A DNA stretch of 248,000 nucleotides from Hyalangium minutum (GTDB lineage Bacteria > Myxococcota > Myxococcia > Myxococcales > Myxococcaceae). The stretch is from contig NZ_JMCB01000013.1 in the NCBI RefSeq assembly GCF_000737315.1, positions 20,001 through 268,000 on the forward strand, read 5' to 3'. The stretch's first letter is position 1; each line of letters opens with the position of its first letter. This document shows positions 92,120 through 101,430 of the stretch, piece after piece. The notes under the pieces are model-generated. The model did no database searches, was not told where the DNA came from, and saw nothing but the letters and a program-made list of their open reading frames with translations. The position numbers were made by a program, and so were the translations under genes.

Positions 92120-93897
92120 ACCGCAAGCTGCAACGGATGGCAGTGCTCGCGATGATGGCCTGGAGTGCCACGGCCTCCGCGCAGCAGTACGAGTATCTCG
92201 GCTTCAAGATGCTCAACAACCGGGACTACCCGTTCGCCTATTACCTGGACTCGCGCGCCAGCAACCCGGCGGGCATTGCCCTCTCGCAGGTGGAGGCCGC
92301 CACCACCGCGGCCTTCCAGACCTGGGAGAACGTGGCCTGTGCGTACCCGGATTTCCAATACAAGGGCTACAGCAGCACGGCCGCGATCCCGGATGTGCGC
92401 AGCACCACGGACGCGTTCAACGTCAGCACCATCTGGATCACCAGCTCGGCCGACCCCTACTACAACACGGCGCTCGCGGGCGGGAACTCGCCTTCCGGCT
92501 CTGTCCCGCTCACCTACGCGGGCTACCTCTACCAGTGTGACATCTTCATCAACGCGGTGACCTTCCGGTGGACGACGCTGGCCGGCACGGATCCACGCGA
92601 CAACTTCCGCGATCTGCAGACGGCGCTGACACATGAGGTGGGCCACTGCATGGGGCTCGGGGATGCGTACGCGCCCAACTCGGCGGTGATGTACCCGGAG
92701 TTCCCGGCGGGCCAGACCAAGCGCGTGCTCGATGCCCAGGACGTGACGCAGGTCTGCAGCTACCTGCCGGAGGACGGAGCGGTGGGCTCGCCGTGCTCGG
92801 ACAGCGATCCGTGTACCAACGGCCTCGCCTGCATCCCCTACAACAGCGGCAACGTGTCCTATAAGTACTGCTCCAAGGGCTGCACCGGCAACGATCCAGC
92901 CGAGTGCCCCAGCCCGTTCGTGTGCCAGACGTCCTCGGCCGTCGCTGGCTCCACGAAGGCCTGCCTCGCCGTCCCCAACCAGGCGGTGACGCAGGTGGGC
93001 AAGGAGTGCGGCACCAACGCGCAGTGTGGCTCGGCCGTGGCCATCTGCAAGACGCCCGAGCAACTGCCCTCTGGGGGGACCGCCTGGGTGGATGGCTACT
93101 GCCAGCAGGGGTGCAACGCGGGCTCCTCGGCCAGCACCTGCCCGGCGGGCTCGGTGTGCGTCAACACGAGCGCGGGCACGGATGATAGCTGCCTCAAGCG
93201 GTGCCGGCCCGGCACGGGCGACTGCCGCGCGGGCTACACCTGCTCGCCACTGGCCGAGGGAGATGCCTGCGTCCCCAACTGCTACAACGACTTGGACTGC
93301 AATGGCGGCACGACGGCCACCAACTATATCTGCCGCACGTGCGATCACGTCTGCATCGAGAACAAGCAGACGGGGCGCTCCGTGGGAGACGGGTGCCAGC
93401 GCAGCGAGGAGTGCGGCCCGGGGCAGATCTGCCTCTTCATCAACAACCACCCGGAGGGCATCTGCTCGCAGCCGTGCTCCACCGCGGCGTGTGGCTGCCC
93501 CGGGGGCTCCACGTGCAAGCAGGTGGGACCGGACCTCATGTGCATGAGGGACTGCGCCGCGGGCACCTGCGCCAGCCCGGCGCAGTGCAACCCCGTGGGC
93601 TCCACGTACTCGTGCACGGCCCGGTGCCGCACGCGCAATGACTGCCCCACGGGCTTCGAGTGCTATCCGGAGGGCTGCATCGATCCCACGAAGGTCCCGG
93701 ATGCGGGCTGCACGCTCTGCGGCACCGATGCCGGAACGAACCCGCCTCCGCCTCCGCCTCCGGATGGTGGCACGGGAGGGGGAGATGGAGGCCCCGGCGG
93801 GTGTGGCTGCGGCCAGGCCCCCACGTCGGCGATGCTGCTGTCGGCGCTCGCGCTGCTGCTGGTCGCTGGAGGTCGCCGCTCTTGGCCTCGCCGGTAA
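92116..93897 (+). CDS. Matrixin-like Zn metalloprotease with Cys-rich repeats and MYXO-CTERM-like tail
   Basis: HEVGHCMGLGD; GCGC..TM..RR tail. Confidence 0.82.
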   Translation: MNRKLQRMAVLAMMAWSATASAQQYEYLGFKMLNNRDYPFAYYLDSRASNPAGIALSQVEAATTAAFQTWENVACAYPDFQYKGYSSTAAIPDVRSTTDAFNVSTIWITSSADPYYNTALAGGNSPSGSVPLTYAGYLYQCDIFINAVTFRWTTLAGTDPRDNFRDLQTALTHEVGHCMGLGDAYAPNSAVMYPEFPAGQTKRVLDAQDVTQVCSYLPEDGAVGSPCSDSDPCTNGLACIPYNSGNVSYKYCSKGCTGNDPAECPSPFVCQTSSAVAGSTKACLAVPNQAVTQVGKECGTNAQCGSAVAICKTPEQLPSGGTAWVDGYCQQGCNAGSSASTCPAGSVCVNTSAGTDDSCLKRCRPGTGDCRAGYTCSPLAEGDACVPNCYNDLDCNGGTTATNYICRTCDHVCIENKQTGRSVGDGCQRSEECGPGQICLFINNHPEGICSQPCSTAACGCPGGSTCKQVGPDLMCMRDCAAGTCASPAQCNPVGSTYSCTARCRTRNDCPTGFECYPEGCIDPTKVPDAGCTLCGTDAGTNPPPPPPPDGGTGGGDGGPGGCGCGQAPTSAMLLSALALLLVAGGRRSWPRR

Positions 93898-95705
93898 CCG
93901 CCACCAGCCGCTCCCAGGCGGACTTCAGCACGATGTTCGTGCTCGAGGCGCTCGTCCATCAGGGCCTGCTCACCGCGCAGCAGGCCCAGGAGATCCTCGC
94001 GCGCGAGTCCGCCGCCCGCGCCCGCGTCCTCAAGGCCAAGGCGCAGGGCGGCTCCAAGGAGGCGGCACGCTATGACGTGTCGCCGGTGGAGCTCATCGCG
94101 GCCTTCCAGGTGCCGCTGTCCGAGGGCCGCGGCGTGCTGGACGAGGATCGGGTGACGGAGGCGGCCGCTCGCGCCGCCGGCATGCCGTACCGGAAGATCG
94201 ACCCGCTCAAGCTGGACATGGCGCTGGCCACGCGTACGGTGTCCCGGCCCTTCGCGCAGAAGCACGCGCTGCTGCCGCTGGAGCGCACGCAGCAGGGGCG
94301 GCTCGTGGTGGCGGTGGCCAACCCGTTCGATCGCGAGCTGTTCGAGAACCTCTACCGGCTGGCGGGTCTGCCCATCGAGCCGGTGCTGTCGTCCAAGTCG
94401 GACATCCTCAAGTCCATCACGGAGATCTACGGTTTCAAGAAGACGCTGGCGCGCGCGGCGGATGACTTCGCCACCGGGCCGTCGGTCGCCAACTTCGAGC
94501 AGCTGGTGTCGCTCAGCGGCACGCAAGAGCTGGACGCGGGCGACAAGCCAGTGGTGCAGGCGGTGGACTACCTGCTGCGCTACGCCTTCGACAACCGCGG
94601 GTCGGATATCCACATCGAGCCCAAGCGCGCCCAGTCGCACGTGCGTCTGCGCATCGACGGCGTGCTGCACACCGTCTACACCCTGCCGGCGGGGGTCCAC
94701 GCGCCCATCGTCTCGCGCGTGAAGATGCTCTCGCGCATGGACATCTCCGAGAAGCGCAAGCCGCAGGACGGCCGCATCAAGACAGAGCGCGAGGGCCGCG
94801 AAGTGGAGCTCCGCGTCTCCACGCTGCCCACTGCGTTCGGCGAGAAGGTGGTCATCCGTATCTTCGATCCGGAGACGCTGGTGCAGGACATTGCCCAGCT
94901 GGGCTTCGAGCCGGATGAGAAGGATTCATTCGAGTCCTGGATCGACCAGCCGCACGGGCTCATCCTGGTGACGGGCCCCACGGGCAGCGGCAAGACGACG
95001 ACGCTGTACTCGGCGCTGAAGGCGGTGGCGGGCCCGGACGTGAACGTCACCACGATCGAGGATCCGATCGAAATGGTGTGGGAGGGCTTCAACCAGGTGC
95101 AGGTTCAGCCCAAGGTGGGCTTGGACTTCGCCGGGGCGCTGCGCCACATCCTCCGCCAGGACCCGGACGTCATCATGGTGGGCGAGATCCGTGACGCGGA
95201 GACGGCGGAGAACGCCATTCAGTCCGCGCTCACGGGCCACCTGGTGCTCTCCACGCTGCACACCAACGACGCGATCGGCGCCGTGGCGCGCATGAAGGAT
95301 CTCGAGGTGCCGGCGTTCCTGCTCTCGCAGAGCCTCGTGGGGCTGATGGCCCAGCGCCTGCTGCGGCGCAACTGTGTCCATTGCGTACAGGAGACCACGC
95401 TGACGCCGGACGAGCTGACGTCGCTGATGGTGCCCATTCCGCTGCTGCCTGGAGGCGTGAGGCTGCTCAAGGGCGCGGGATGTGTGCGTTGCCGGGGCAC
95501 AGGCTATTTCGGACGTACGGGAGTCTTTGAAATCGTCAGCATCAACGCGGAGCTGAAGGACCTCATCAACCGTGGTGCGACGCACTACGAGCTGGTGGAG
95601 GCGGCTCGGCGCGCAGGGATGCGCACCCTTCGGGAGGCGGGTGTGCGCAAACTCGCGCAAGGACTCACCACCTTTGAAGAGGTGATGCGAATGACGGCTG
95701 TCTGA
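93882..95705 (+). CDS. GspE/PulE/PilB family secretion ATPase
   Basis: SDIHIEP, GPTGSGKTTT, LRQDPDVIMVGEIRD, STLHTN. Confidence 0.92.
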   Translation: MASPVTATSRSQADFSTMFVLEALVHQGLLTAQQAQEILARESAARARVLKAKAQGGSKEAARYDVSPVELIAAFQVPLSEGRGVLDEDRVTEAAARAAGMPYRKIDPLKLDMALATRTVSRPFAQKHALLPLERTQQGRLVVAVANPFDRELFENLYRLAGLPIEPVLSSKSDILKSITEIYGFKKTLARAADDFATGPSVANFEQLVSLSGTQELDAGDKPVVQAVDYLLRYAFDNRGSDIHIEPKRAQSHVRLRIDGVLHTVYTLPAGVHAPIVSRVKMLSRMDISEKRKPQDGRIKTEREGREVELRVSTLPTAFGEKVVIRIFDPETLVQDIAQLGFEPDEKDSFESWIDQPHGLILVTGPTGSGKTTTLYSALKAVAGPDVNVTTIEDPIEMVWEGFNQVQVQPKVGLDFAGALRHILRQDPDVIMVGEIRDAETAENAIQSALTGHLVLSTLHTNDAIGAVARMKDLEVPAFLLSQSLVGLMAQRLLRRNCVHCVQETTLTPDELTSLMVPIPLLPGGVRLLKGAGCVRCRGTGYFGRTGVFEIVSINAELKDLINRGATHYELVEAARRAGMRTLREAGVRKLAQGLTTFEEVMRMTAV

Positions 95706-95753
95706 AGTCCCGGGGGTCGGAGCCCCGGATGGCTTGTAGTAAAATGCAAGCGT

Positions 95754-97709
95754 ATGAGCTCCGAATCCCTGGCAGCCAGCGGTCCTCAGGTTCCCGTGGT
95801 GCTGGTGAACATGCCATTCGGGCCTCTGCAGACGCCTTCGATGGGGCTGAGCCTGCTCAAGCCGGCCTTGAAGGCCGCGGGCATCGAGAGCCACGTCTTC
95901 TACTTCCACCTCCGCTTCGCCCAGCAGTTCGGCGTCAGTCTCTACACCGCCATCTCCGGGAACTACTCGGGGGTGACGGACCTCACGGGGGACTGGCTGT
96001 TCTCGCATGCGCTGTACGAGGCCAAGCCCGATGACACCCAGCGCTACCTCTCCACCGTCATGCGGCGGAGGCGCCCGGACCAGGAGCTGGGGTGGGCGGA
96101 GCTGGAGGGCTACATCGCGGAGTTGCTGATTGCTCGCGTGGGCATCTCCGCCTTCGTGGATGAGTGTGTAGAGGCCATTCTGCAGACTGGCGCGCGCGTG
96201 GTGGGCTTCACGAGCGTCTACCAGCAGAACGTGGCGGCGCTCGCGGTCGCGCAGAGGCTCAAGCGCCGGCGCCCGGAGCTCCTCACGGTGTTTGGCGGCG
96301 CGAACTTCGAGGGCATCACGGGCCGCGAGCAGTTCGAGCGCTTTCCCTTCATCGACGTCGTCTTCTCGGGCGAGTCGGAGCAGCGGTTCCCGTGGGTGGT
96401 GGAGCGCCTGCTGCGCGGCGAGCGGCTGGGCAAGCTCGTGGGCGTGCTGGCGCGAGAGCACCTCGCAGGAGGCCCCAGCTTCCCGGGGAGCGGGGACACG
96501 ATGCTCCGCGAGATGGACCGGCTGCCGGTGCCAGACTTCTCGGACTTCTTCACGCAGTGGGCGGAGGCCCGGCTGGAGGGCGCTCCAAAGCCGGTGGTGC
96601 CCTTCGAGACGTCGCGGGGCTGCTGGTGGGGGCAGAAGCAGCACTGCACCTTCTGTGGCTTGAACGGCGAGTCCATGGCGTACCGGAGCAAGTCACCGGA
96701 GCGCGCCCTCTCGGAGTTCATCCAGGTGACGGAGGCGCATCCCGGCTGCCAGGTGGTGGTGGTCGATAACATCCTGGACATGAAGTACTTCAAGTCCTTC
96801 ATCCCGGCGCTGGGCGCTCGCTCCAACCCGGTGGACATCTTCTACGAGGTGAAGGCCAACCTGACCCACGAGCAGGTCCGGCTGCTGCGCGCCGCGCGCG
96901 TTATGGAGCTGCAACCCGGCATCGAGAGCCTGAGCGATCAGGTGCTGCGACTCATGCGCAAGGGCGTGACGGGGATGCAGAACCTGCAGCTGATGAAGTG
97001 GTGCAAGGAGTACGGCATCAACGTGCTCTGGAGCGTGCTCTGGGGCTTCCCGGGCGAGGAGCCCGGGGAGTACGCGCGGATGACGGAGCTGGTCCCGCTG
97101 GTGACCCACCTGGCGCCACCCATCGCGGGGATCTCCATTCTCCTGGAGCGCTTCTCCCCGAACTTCAACGAGGCCCAGGCGCGAGGGTTCAAGAACGTCC
97201 GGCCCGCCCCCGCGTACTCCTTCATCTACGACTTGCCGGAGTCCGCGCTCCACAACATGGCGTACTTCTTCTCCTACGAGTACGAGGACGGCCGGAACGT
97301 CCCGTCCTACGTGCAGACGCTGAACAAGCGCATCTGGGAGTGGAAGGCCGAGTACAGCACCTCGGCCCTGTACTCGCTGGACAAGGGAGATCACCTGCGG
97401 ATCGTCGACCGGAGGAAGGTGGCTCCCAGCCCCTCCCTGATTCTGCAGGGCGCCGAGCGATGGGCCCTGCTGGCCTGCGACGCGGTGACGTCCGTGCAGG
97501 CGCTGAAGGAGCGCTACCAGGAGCAGGACCCCCTGGCGCAGGGCTGGGACCCGCTGGAGACCGTGCTGGCGAGCCTCGTGGAGGCCAAGCTGGTGCTCAC
97601 CGATGGCAAGCACTACCTCGGCCTGCCTGTCGCCGTGACTCAGGATCCGCTGGCCGCGCCTGTGCCATTCATGGACGCGCTGGGGGAGCCCGTTCCGTCG
97701 GCGGCGTGA
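95754..97709 (+). CDS. B12-binding radical SAM enzyme, RiPP-maturation (rSAM_ocin_1-like) type
   Basis: ETSRGCWWGQKQHCTFCG; FGGANFEG; QPGIESLS. Confidence 0.85.
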   Translation: MSSESLAASGPQVPVVLVNMPFGPLQTPSMGLSLLKPALKAAGIESHVFYFHLRFAQQFGVSLYTAISGNYSGVTDLTGDWLFSHALYEAKPDDTQRYLSTVMRRRRPDQELGWAELEGYIAELLIARVGISAFVDECVEAILQTGARVVGFTSVYQQNVAALAVAQRLKRRRPELLTVFGGANFEGITGREQFERFPFIDVVFSGESEQRFPWVVERLLRGERLGKLVGVLAREHLAGGPSFPGSGDTMLREMDRLPVPDFSDFFTQWAEARLEGAPKPVVPFETSRGCWWGQKQHCTFCGLNGESMAYRSKSPERALSEFIQVTEAHPGCQVVVVDNILDMKYFKSFIPALGARSNPVDIFYEVKANLTHEQVRLLRAARVMELQPGIESLSDQVLRLMRKGVTGMQNLQLMKWCKEYGINVLWSVLWGFPGEEPGEYARMTELVPLVTHLAPPIAGISILLERFSPNFNEAQARGFKNVRPAPAYSFIYDLPESALHNMAYFFSYEYEDGRNVPSYVQTLNKRIWEWKAEYSTSALYSLDKGDHLRIVDRRKVAPSPSLILQGAERWALLACDAVTSVQALKERYQEQDPLAQGWDPLETVLASLVEAKLVLTDGKHYLGLPVAVTQDPLAAPVPFMDALGEPVPSAA

Positions 97710-97751
97710 CCCCGGCGGCATGCGCTCGCCGAGGCCCCACCGAGCCGCGCC

Positions 97752-99287
97752 TTAGAAGCGCGCCTGGAGCAGCGTGTTGAAGCCGAGCGCGTGCGGCTCC
97801 TCGAAGCGCGGCTGCGCCACGCCCGTCACGTCATCCCGGAACGTCGTCCGGTTGTTGTCGTAGGTGTAATAGACCTCGCCCACCGCGGCGACCGTCTCCG
97901 ACAAGTCCCACCGGAAGGTGGCCTTCGCCGACAGGATCGGCTCCGCCTTGCACGCCGCGTTGGACGCGCCGCACGTCTCCGGGAGGATGCTGAGCTGGTT
98001 CACGTCGCGCACCACCACCGTGCGCGTGCCCGTCAGGCCCGGGGGAGGGTTGTTGCCGCCGCCCAGGAACTCGGGGCTGCGGTAGGAGGCGGGCTGCTGC
98101 ACGCCGACGATGAAGCCCGGCGTGAAGTGCCAGTTCGGCAGGTAGTAGTCCGCGCCGGCCGCGATGAACATCTCCGGCTTGAGCTGTGTGCCCTCGGGGA
98201 AGTCACGGAACGGCGGCAGGCCCGGCACCTCGAACTGGATGAAGGACAGGCTGCGGTACAGCCCCAGCAGGTGCATGCGCCAGTTGTTCCACTTGGCCCG
98301 CGCCTGCAGCGCCACCGCCGTGGCCCCCTGCGGCACCGTGCGCGCGAACACGTCCGGATCCTCCAGCGTCTGCGTCAGGTAGCTGCCCTCGAGCGACACG
98401 GAGTAGGAGAGCCCGCCCGGGTACGTCTCTGGCGCGAAGAAGCGCTGGTAGACGTCGGGATCGTTCCGGTACAGCCGGAAGTCCACGCTCGTGCCCACCG
98501 GCACGCCCACGTGGTACACGGCCTGCGCGGACAGGCCCGCCGAGTTCACCGGCGCCCGGATGCCCTGGTTGGCCAGGCCCGGGATGATGCCCTTCTGGAA
98601 GTAGCCGCCACCGGCCTCCAGCCGCAGCGTCTCCAGAATGTCCACGCCCGCGCCGCCCATCAGGCCGTAGAGCGTCTCCTTCTCCAAAATCAAGTCGTTG
98701 AGCACCAGCGACGTCTTGCCGCCCAGGTACGCGTACCAACGGTCCCGGGTAACCTGCAGCTTCACGCCCGGCACGCCCTCGGCCGCGGCGCGGTTGGTGA
98801 AGACGCCGCTGCCGCCCCACGAGATGCGGTACGCATACCCGAGCCGGAAGCGATCCGCGGAAACCGGGAAGCCGGTGAGCGAGATGCCCTCCTTCTCGCC
98901 CCAGCCCGGCGGGGTGTAGTTGAGCCGGATGTAGCTGGAGTTGTCACGCAAGGTGACGCCGCCCGAGGGCTGCTCCAGCACGAGGATCGTCAGCGCGGCC
99001 TCGGTGGTGAGCCCCTCGAAGAACGCGGGCATGCGCTTGTAGAGCACCAGGTTCGACAGCGTCTCGAAGCCCGAGAAGCGCGTGTTGAAGTTGTCGTAGA
99101 ACTGGGTGTTCTGGTTGCCCGCGCCGAAGCGCGCGTTGGGGCTGTTGGGCGTCGTCTCGCCAGCGCCCGCCAGGACGTTGTCGTCCGCGAACACGAAGGA
99201 CAGGCGGGTATCGACGAAGTCACCGGCCCAGGCGGGCACACCAAGGAGCAACAGCCCAGTCAGGGCCAGGGTAGGCAGCGTTTTCAA
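97752..99287 (-). CDS. Outer-membrane beta-barrel protein
   Basis: Signal peptide, alternating strands, C-terminal Q.RF. Confidence 0.75.
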   Translation of the reverse strand: MKTLPTLALTGLLLLGVPAWAGDFVDTRLSFVFADDNVLAGAGETTPNSPNARFGAGNQNTQFYDNFNTRFSGFETLSNLVLYKRMPAFFEGLTTEAALTILVLEQPSGGVTLRDNSSYIRLNYTPPGWGEKEGISLTGFPVSADRFRLGYAYRISWGGSGVFTNRAAAEGVPGVKLQVTRDRWYAYLGGKTSLVLNDLILEKETLYGLMGGAGVDILETLRLEAGGGYFQKGIIPGLANQGIRAPVNSAGLSAQAVYHVGVPVGTSVDFRLYRNDPDVYQRFFAPETYPGGLSYSVSLEGSYLTQTLEDPDVFARTVPQGATAVALQARAKWNNWRMHLLGLYRSLSFIQFEVPGLPPFRDFPEGTQLKPEMFIAAGADYYLPNWHFTPGFIVGVQQPASYRSPEFLGGGNNPPPGLTGTRTVVVRDVNQLSILPETCGASNAACKAEPILSAKATFRWDLSETVAAVGEVYYTYDNNRTTFRDDVTGVAQPRFEEPHALGFNTLLQARF

Positions 99288-99366
99288 ACTTCCCTCCAAG
99301 GACGCGGCCGGATGGCCGCGCCTCCCAAAGCCCCGTTGCCAGGGCATGCTTCAAATCAAGAGATGA

Positions 99367-101430
99367 CTACTCAGCCGCGCACTGCTCGATGGGACGAGGG
99401 CACGCACCCTCGGGCCCCGGGAAGCAGCACACGTCGTCCACATCGCGCGGGATGACAATCCACCGCGGCCGGGCGGCGCTCACCTGGCGCAGGTGGCCGG
99501 TGACGTTGAAGGTGGCCTCGCGCAGCAGGCGGCACTGCTTGGCCTTGTCCGTGTCCGCGTCCGCCGGGTTGCAGTCCACCTGCAGATCCGGGATCGCGTC
99601 CCGGGTGACGACGTTGATGCGGGTGCGGCTGTTGAGCGCCACGTGGCACTCGCCCCGGCCCTGGAGGTCGCCATCCGCGATGAAGGCCACGTACTGCTCG
99701 GAGCCCGTCATCGTGCGCTCGGTGCGGGCGTTGGGGGCCAGCGGGAAGTCGTCGATGGTGGCCGTCACGCTCGCGTTGCCGAACTTCATGCGCACCGGCG
99801 TGTCGCACCACACGCGCACCTGAGAGGGGCCGTTGATGCCCGCGCTGATGGCCGTCGTCGTCCGCACGGAGGCGGTGGTGCTCACCTTGATGACCTGCGT
99901 CCGCTTGTCGAGCGTGCTGTCCAGCCCGGCCACGCGCGGGCCGGGGCCCGACAGCTCCACCACGAACTGGTTGAAGGCGTTGTACGTGGAGCGCTCGGAG
100001 CACACCTTGCCGGCGAACTCGCCCAGGCCCACCGTGCAGTCGATGTTGCACTGGCGCTCGGGGACGTCCGGGTCGCCCGGAGTATCCTCGGCGCAGGCGC
100101 GGTACGACGTGCCGCCCGAGCCCGGGCAGAAGAAGGGCACCGTGCCGTTGCCGTTAGCGTCGCAGTTCTTGAAGACCTCGGGGAACTTCACCCGGCGCAG
100201 CTTCACCAGCGCGGACTCCAGGCTCTCCATCTTCATGTTGCCGTAGGCGTAGCCGCACAGCGAGTCGGTGATGTACGGGTTGACCGCGTTGTCCAGGCCG
100301 CAGAAGCGCAGGTTGATCTCCGGCACCGGCACCTGCTTCAGGTACTTCTCCCACTCGGTGGGCGGCAGCTCGCGCACCCTCTCGCGGATCACCCACGCGG
100401 GGAAGGTGAGCTGCGTGGTGGCCGCGAAGTCCTGCACCGAGCCGGAGATCGTCCACAGCAGATCGCCCGGGTACAGGCCCTCGGGGAACGAGTAGTTGTA
100501 GATGTAGATGGAGCCGTAGGTCCCCGGCAGGAAGCCGTCCGGCTCGGGGGTGCGGACGTTGGAGCCCGCGCCGGTGAACTCGCGCACGCGGCATGCCGTC
100601 ATGTCCGTGACGAAGAAGCCGCCGGGATCCAGGCCCGTCACCACCATGGTCATCAGCTTGCCGTCATTGGGATCCTTCTTCGACGGATCCCGCGCGTCGT
100701 AGCCGGGAGGGCAGCTCTGGACGAGCGGCGAGCCGGACTCCGGCTTACGGCCCACCGTGAGGAACTGGCCGGCGAACGGCGAGTTCCGGTTGTTGCCCGG
100801 ATCCTCCGGCTCCTGGATCTTCCCGAGCGTGGGCTCCTCGAAGGCGATGGGCGCCGTCAGGCCGGTGGCGTAGCTGTACGGACCGCTGTTGGGCGGCGGC
100901 AGCAGGCTGGGATCTCCGGCCACGCCACCGTCGAAGAAGTCCACCTGGGGCGGCTCGTGCTGCACCCACGCGCGGACGTCTCCATAGAGGTGCGACACGC
101001 GGACGGTGCCGGTGCCCACGCCGTCGGTGAGCATCGTCCACCGGCGATCATAGGTACCGGTGAGATCGCCCGGGGTGACGCGGAAGGAGACAGGGCCCGT
101101 GAAGGTGTTGAGCGGCTCGCCCTTGCTGTTGAGCGCGGTGATGGCCAGCTCGAGGTCCACCGGGCCCTTGGGGATGGAGTAGGGGCAGCTGGCCGTGCCC
101201 TTCTCCGCCGCGGGGACGGCGTTTGGGTTGTTGTCGTAGCGCGCCAGGCAGGAGCCCACCAGCGTCAGCGCCGACGAGGCCCCCGTGGTCTTGTCGATGG
101301 CCTTCAGGCTCTTCACGTCCACCTTGAAGGAGCTGAGGCCCGACGGGTTGGTGTTCTCCGCGGAGATGTTGCCGTCCGCGGAGTAGCAGCCTGCGGCCCC
101401 CAGGGCCGCTACAAGGAGCCAGCGTTTCAT
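99367..101430 (-). CDS. Cys-rich lipoprotein, possible OB-fold region
   Basis: Lipobox AAGC; VVTG.D..GFFV.D pattern. Confidence 0.7.
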   Translation of the reverse strand: MKRWLLVAALGAAGCYSADGNISAENTNPSGLSSFKVDVKSLKAIDKTTGASSALTLVGSCLARYDNNPNAVPAAEKGTASCPYSIPKGPVDLELAITALNSKGEPLNTFTGPVSFRVTPGDLTGTYDRRWTMLTDGVGTGTVRVSHLYGDVRAWVQHEPPQVDFFDGGVAGDPSLLPPPNSGPYSYATGLTAPIAFEEPTLGKIQEPEDPGNNRNSPFAGQFLTVGRKPESGSPLVQSCPPGYDARDPSKKDPNDGKLMTMVVTGLDPGGFFVTDMTACRVREFTGAGSNVRTPEPDGFLPGTYGSIYIYNYSFPEGLYPGDLLWTISGSVQDFAATTQLTFPAWVIRERVRELPPTEWEKYLKQVPVPEINLRFCGLDNAVNPYITDSLCGYAYGNMKMESLESALVKLRRVKFPEVFKNCDANGNGTVPFFCPGSGGTSYRACAEDTPGDPDVPERQCNIDCTVGLGEFAGKVCSERSTYNAFNQFVVELSGPGPRVAGLDSTLDKRTQVIKVSTTASVRTTTAISAGINGPSQVRVWCDTPVRMKFGNASVTATIDDFPLAPNARTERTMTGSEQYVAFIADGDLQGRGECHVALNSRTRINVVTRDAIPDLQVDCNPADADTDKAKQCRLLREATFNVTGHLRQVSAARPRWIVIPRDVDDVCCFPGPEGACPRPIEQCAAE

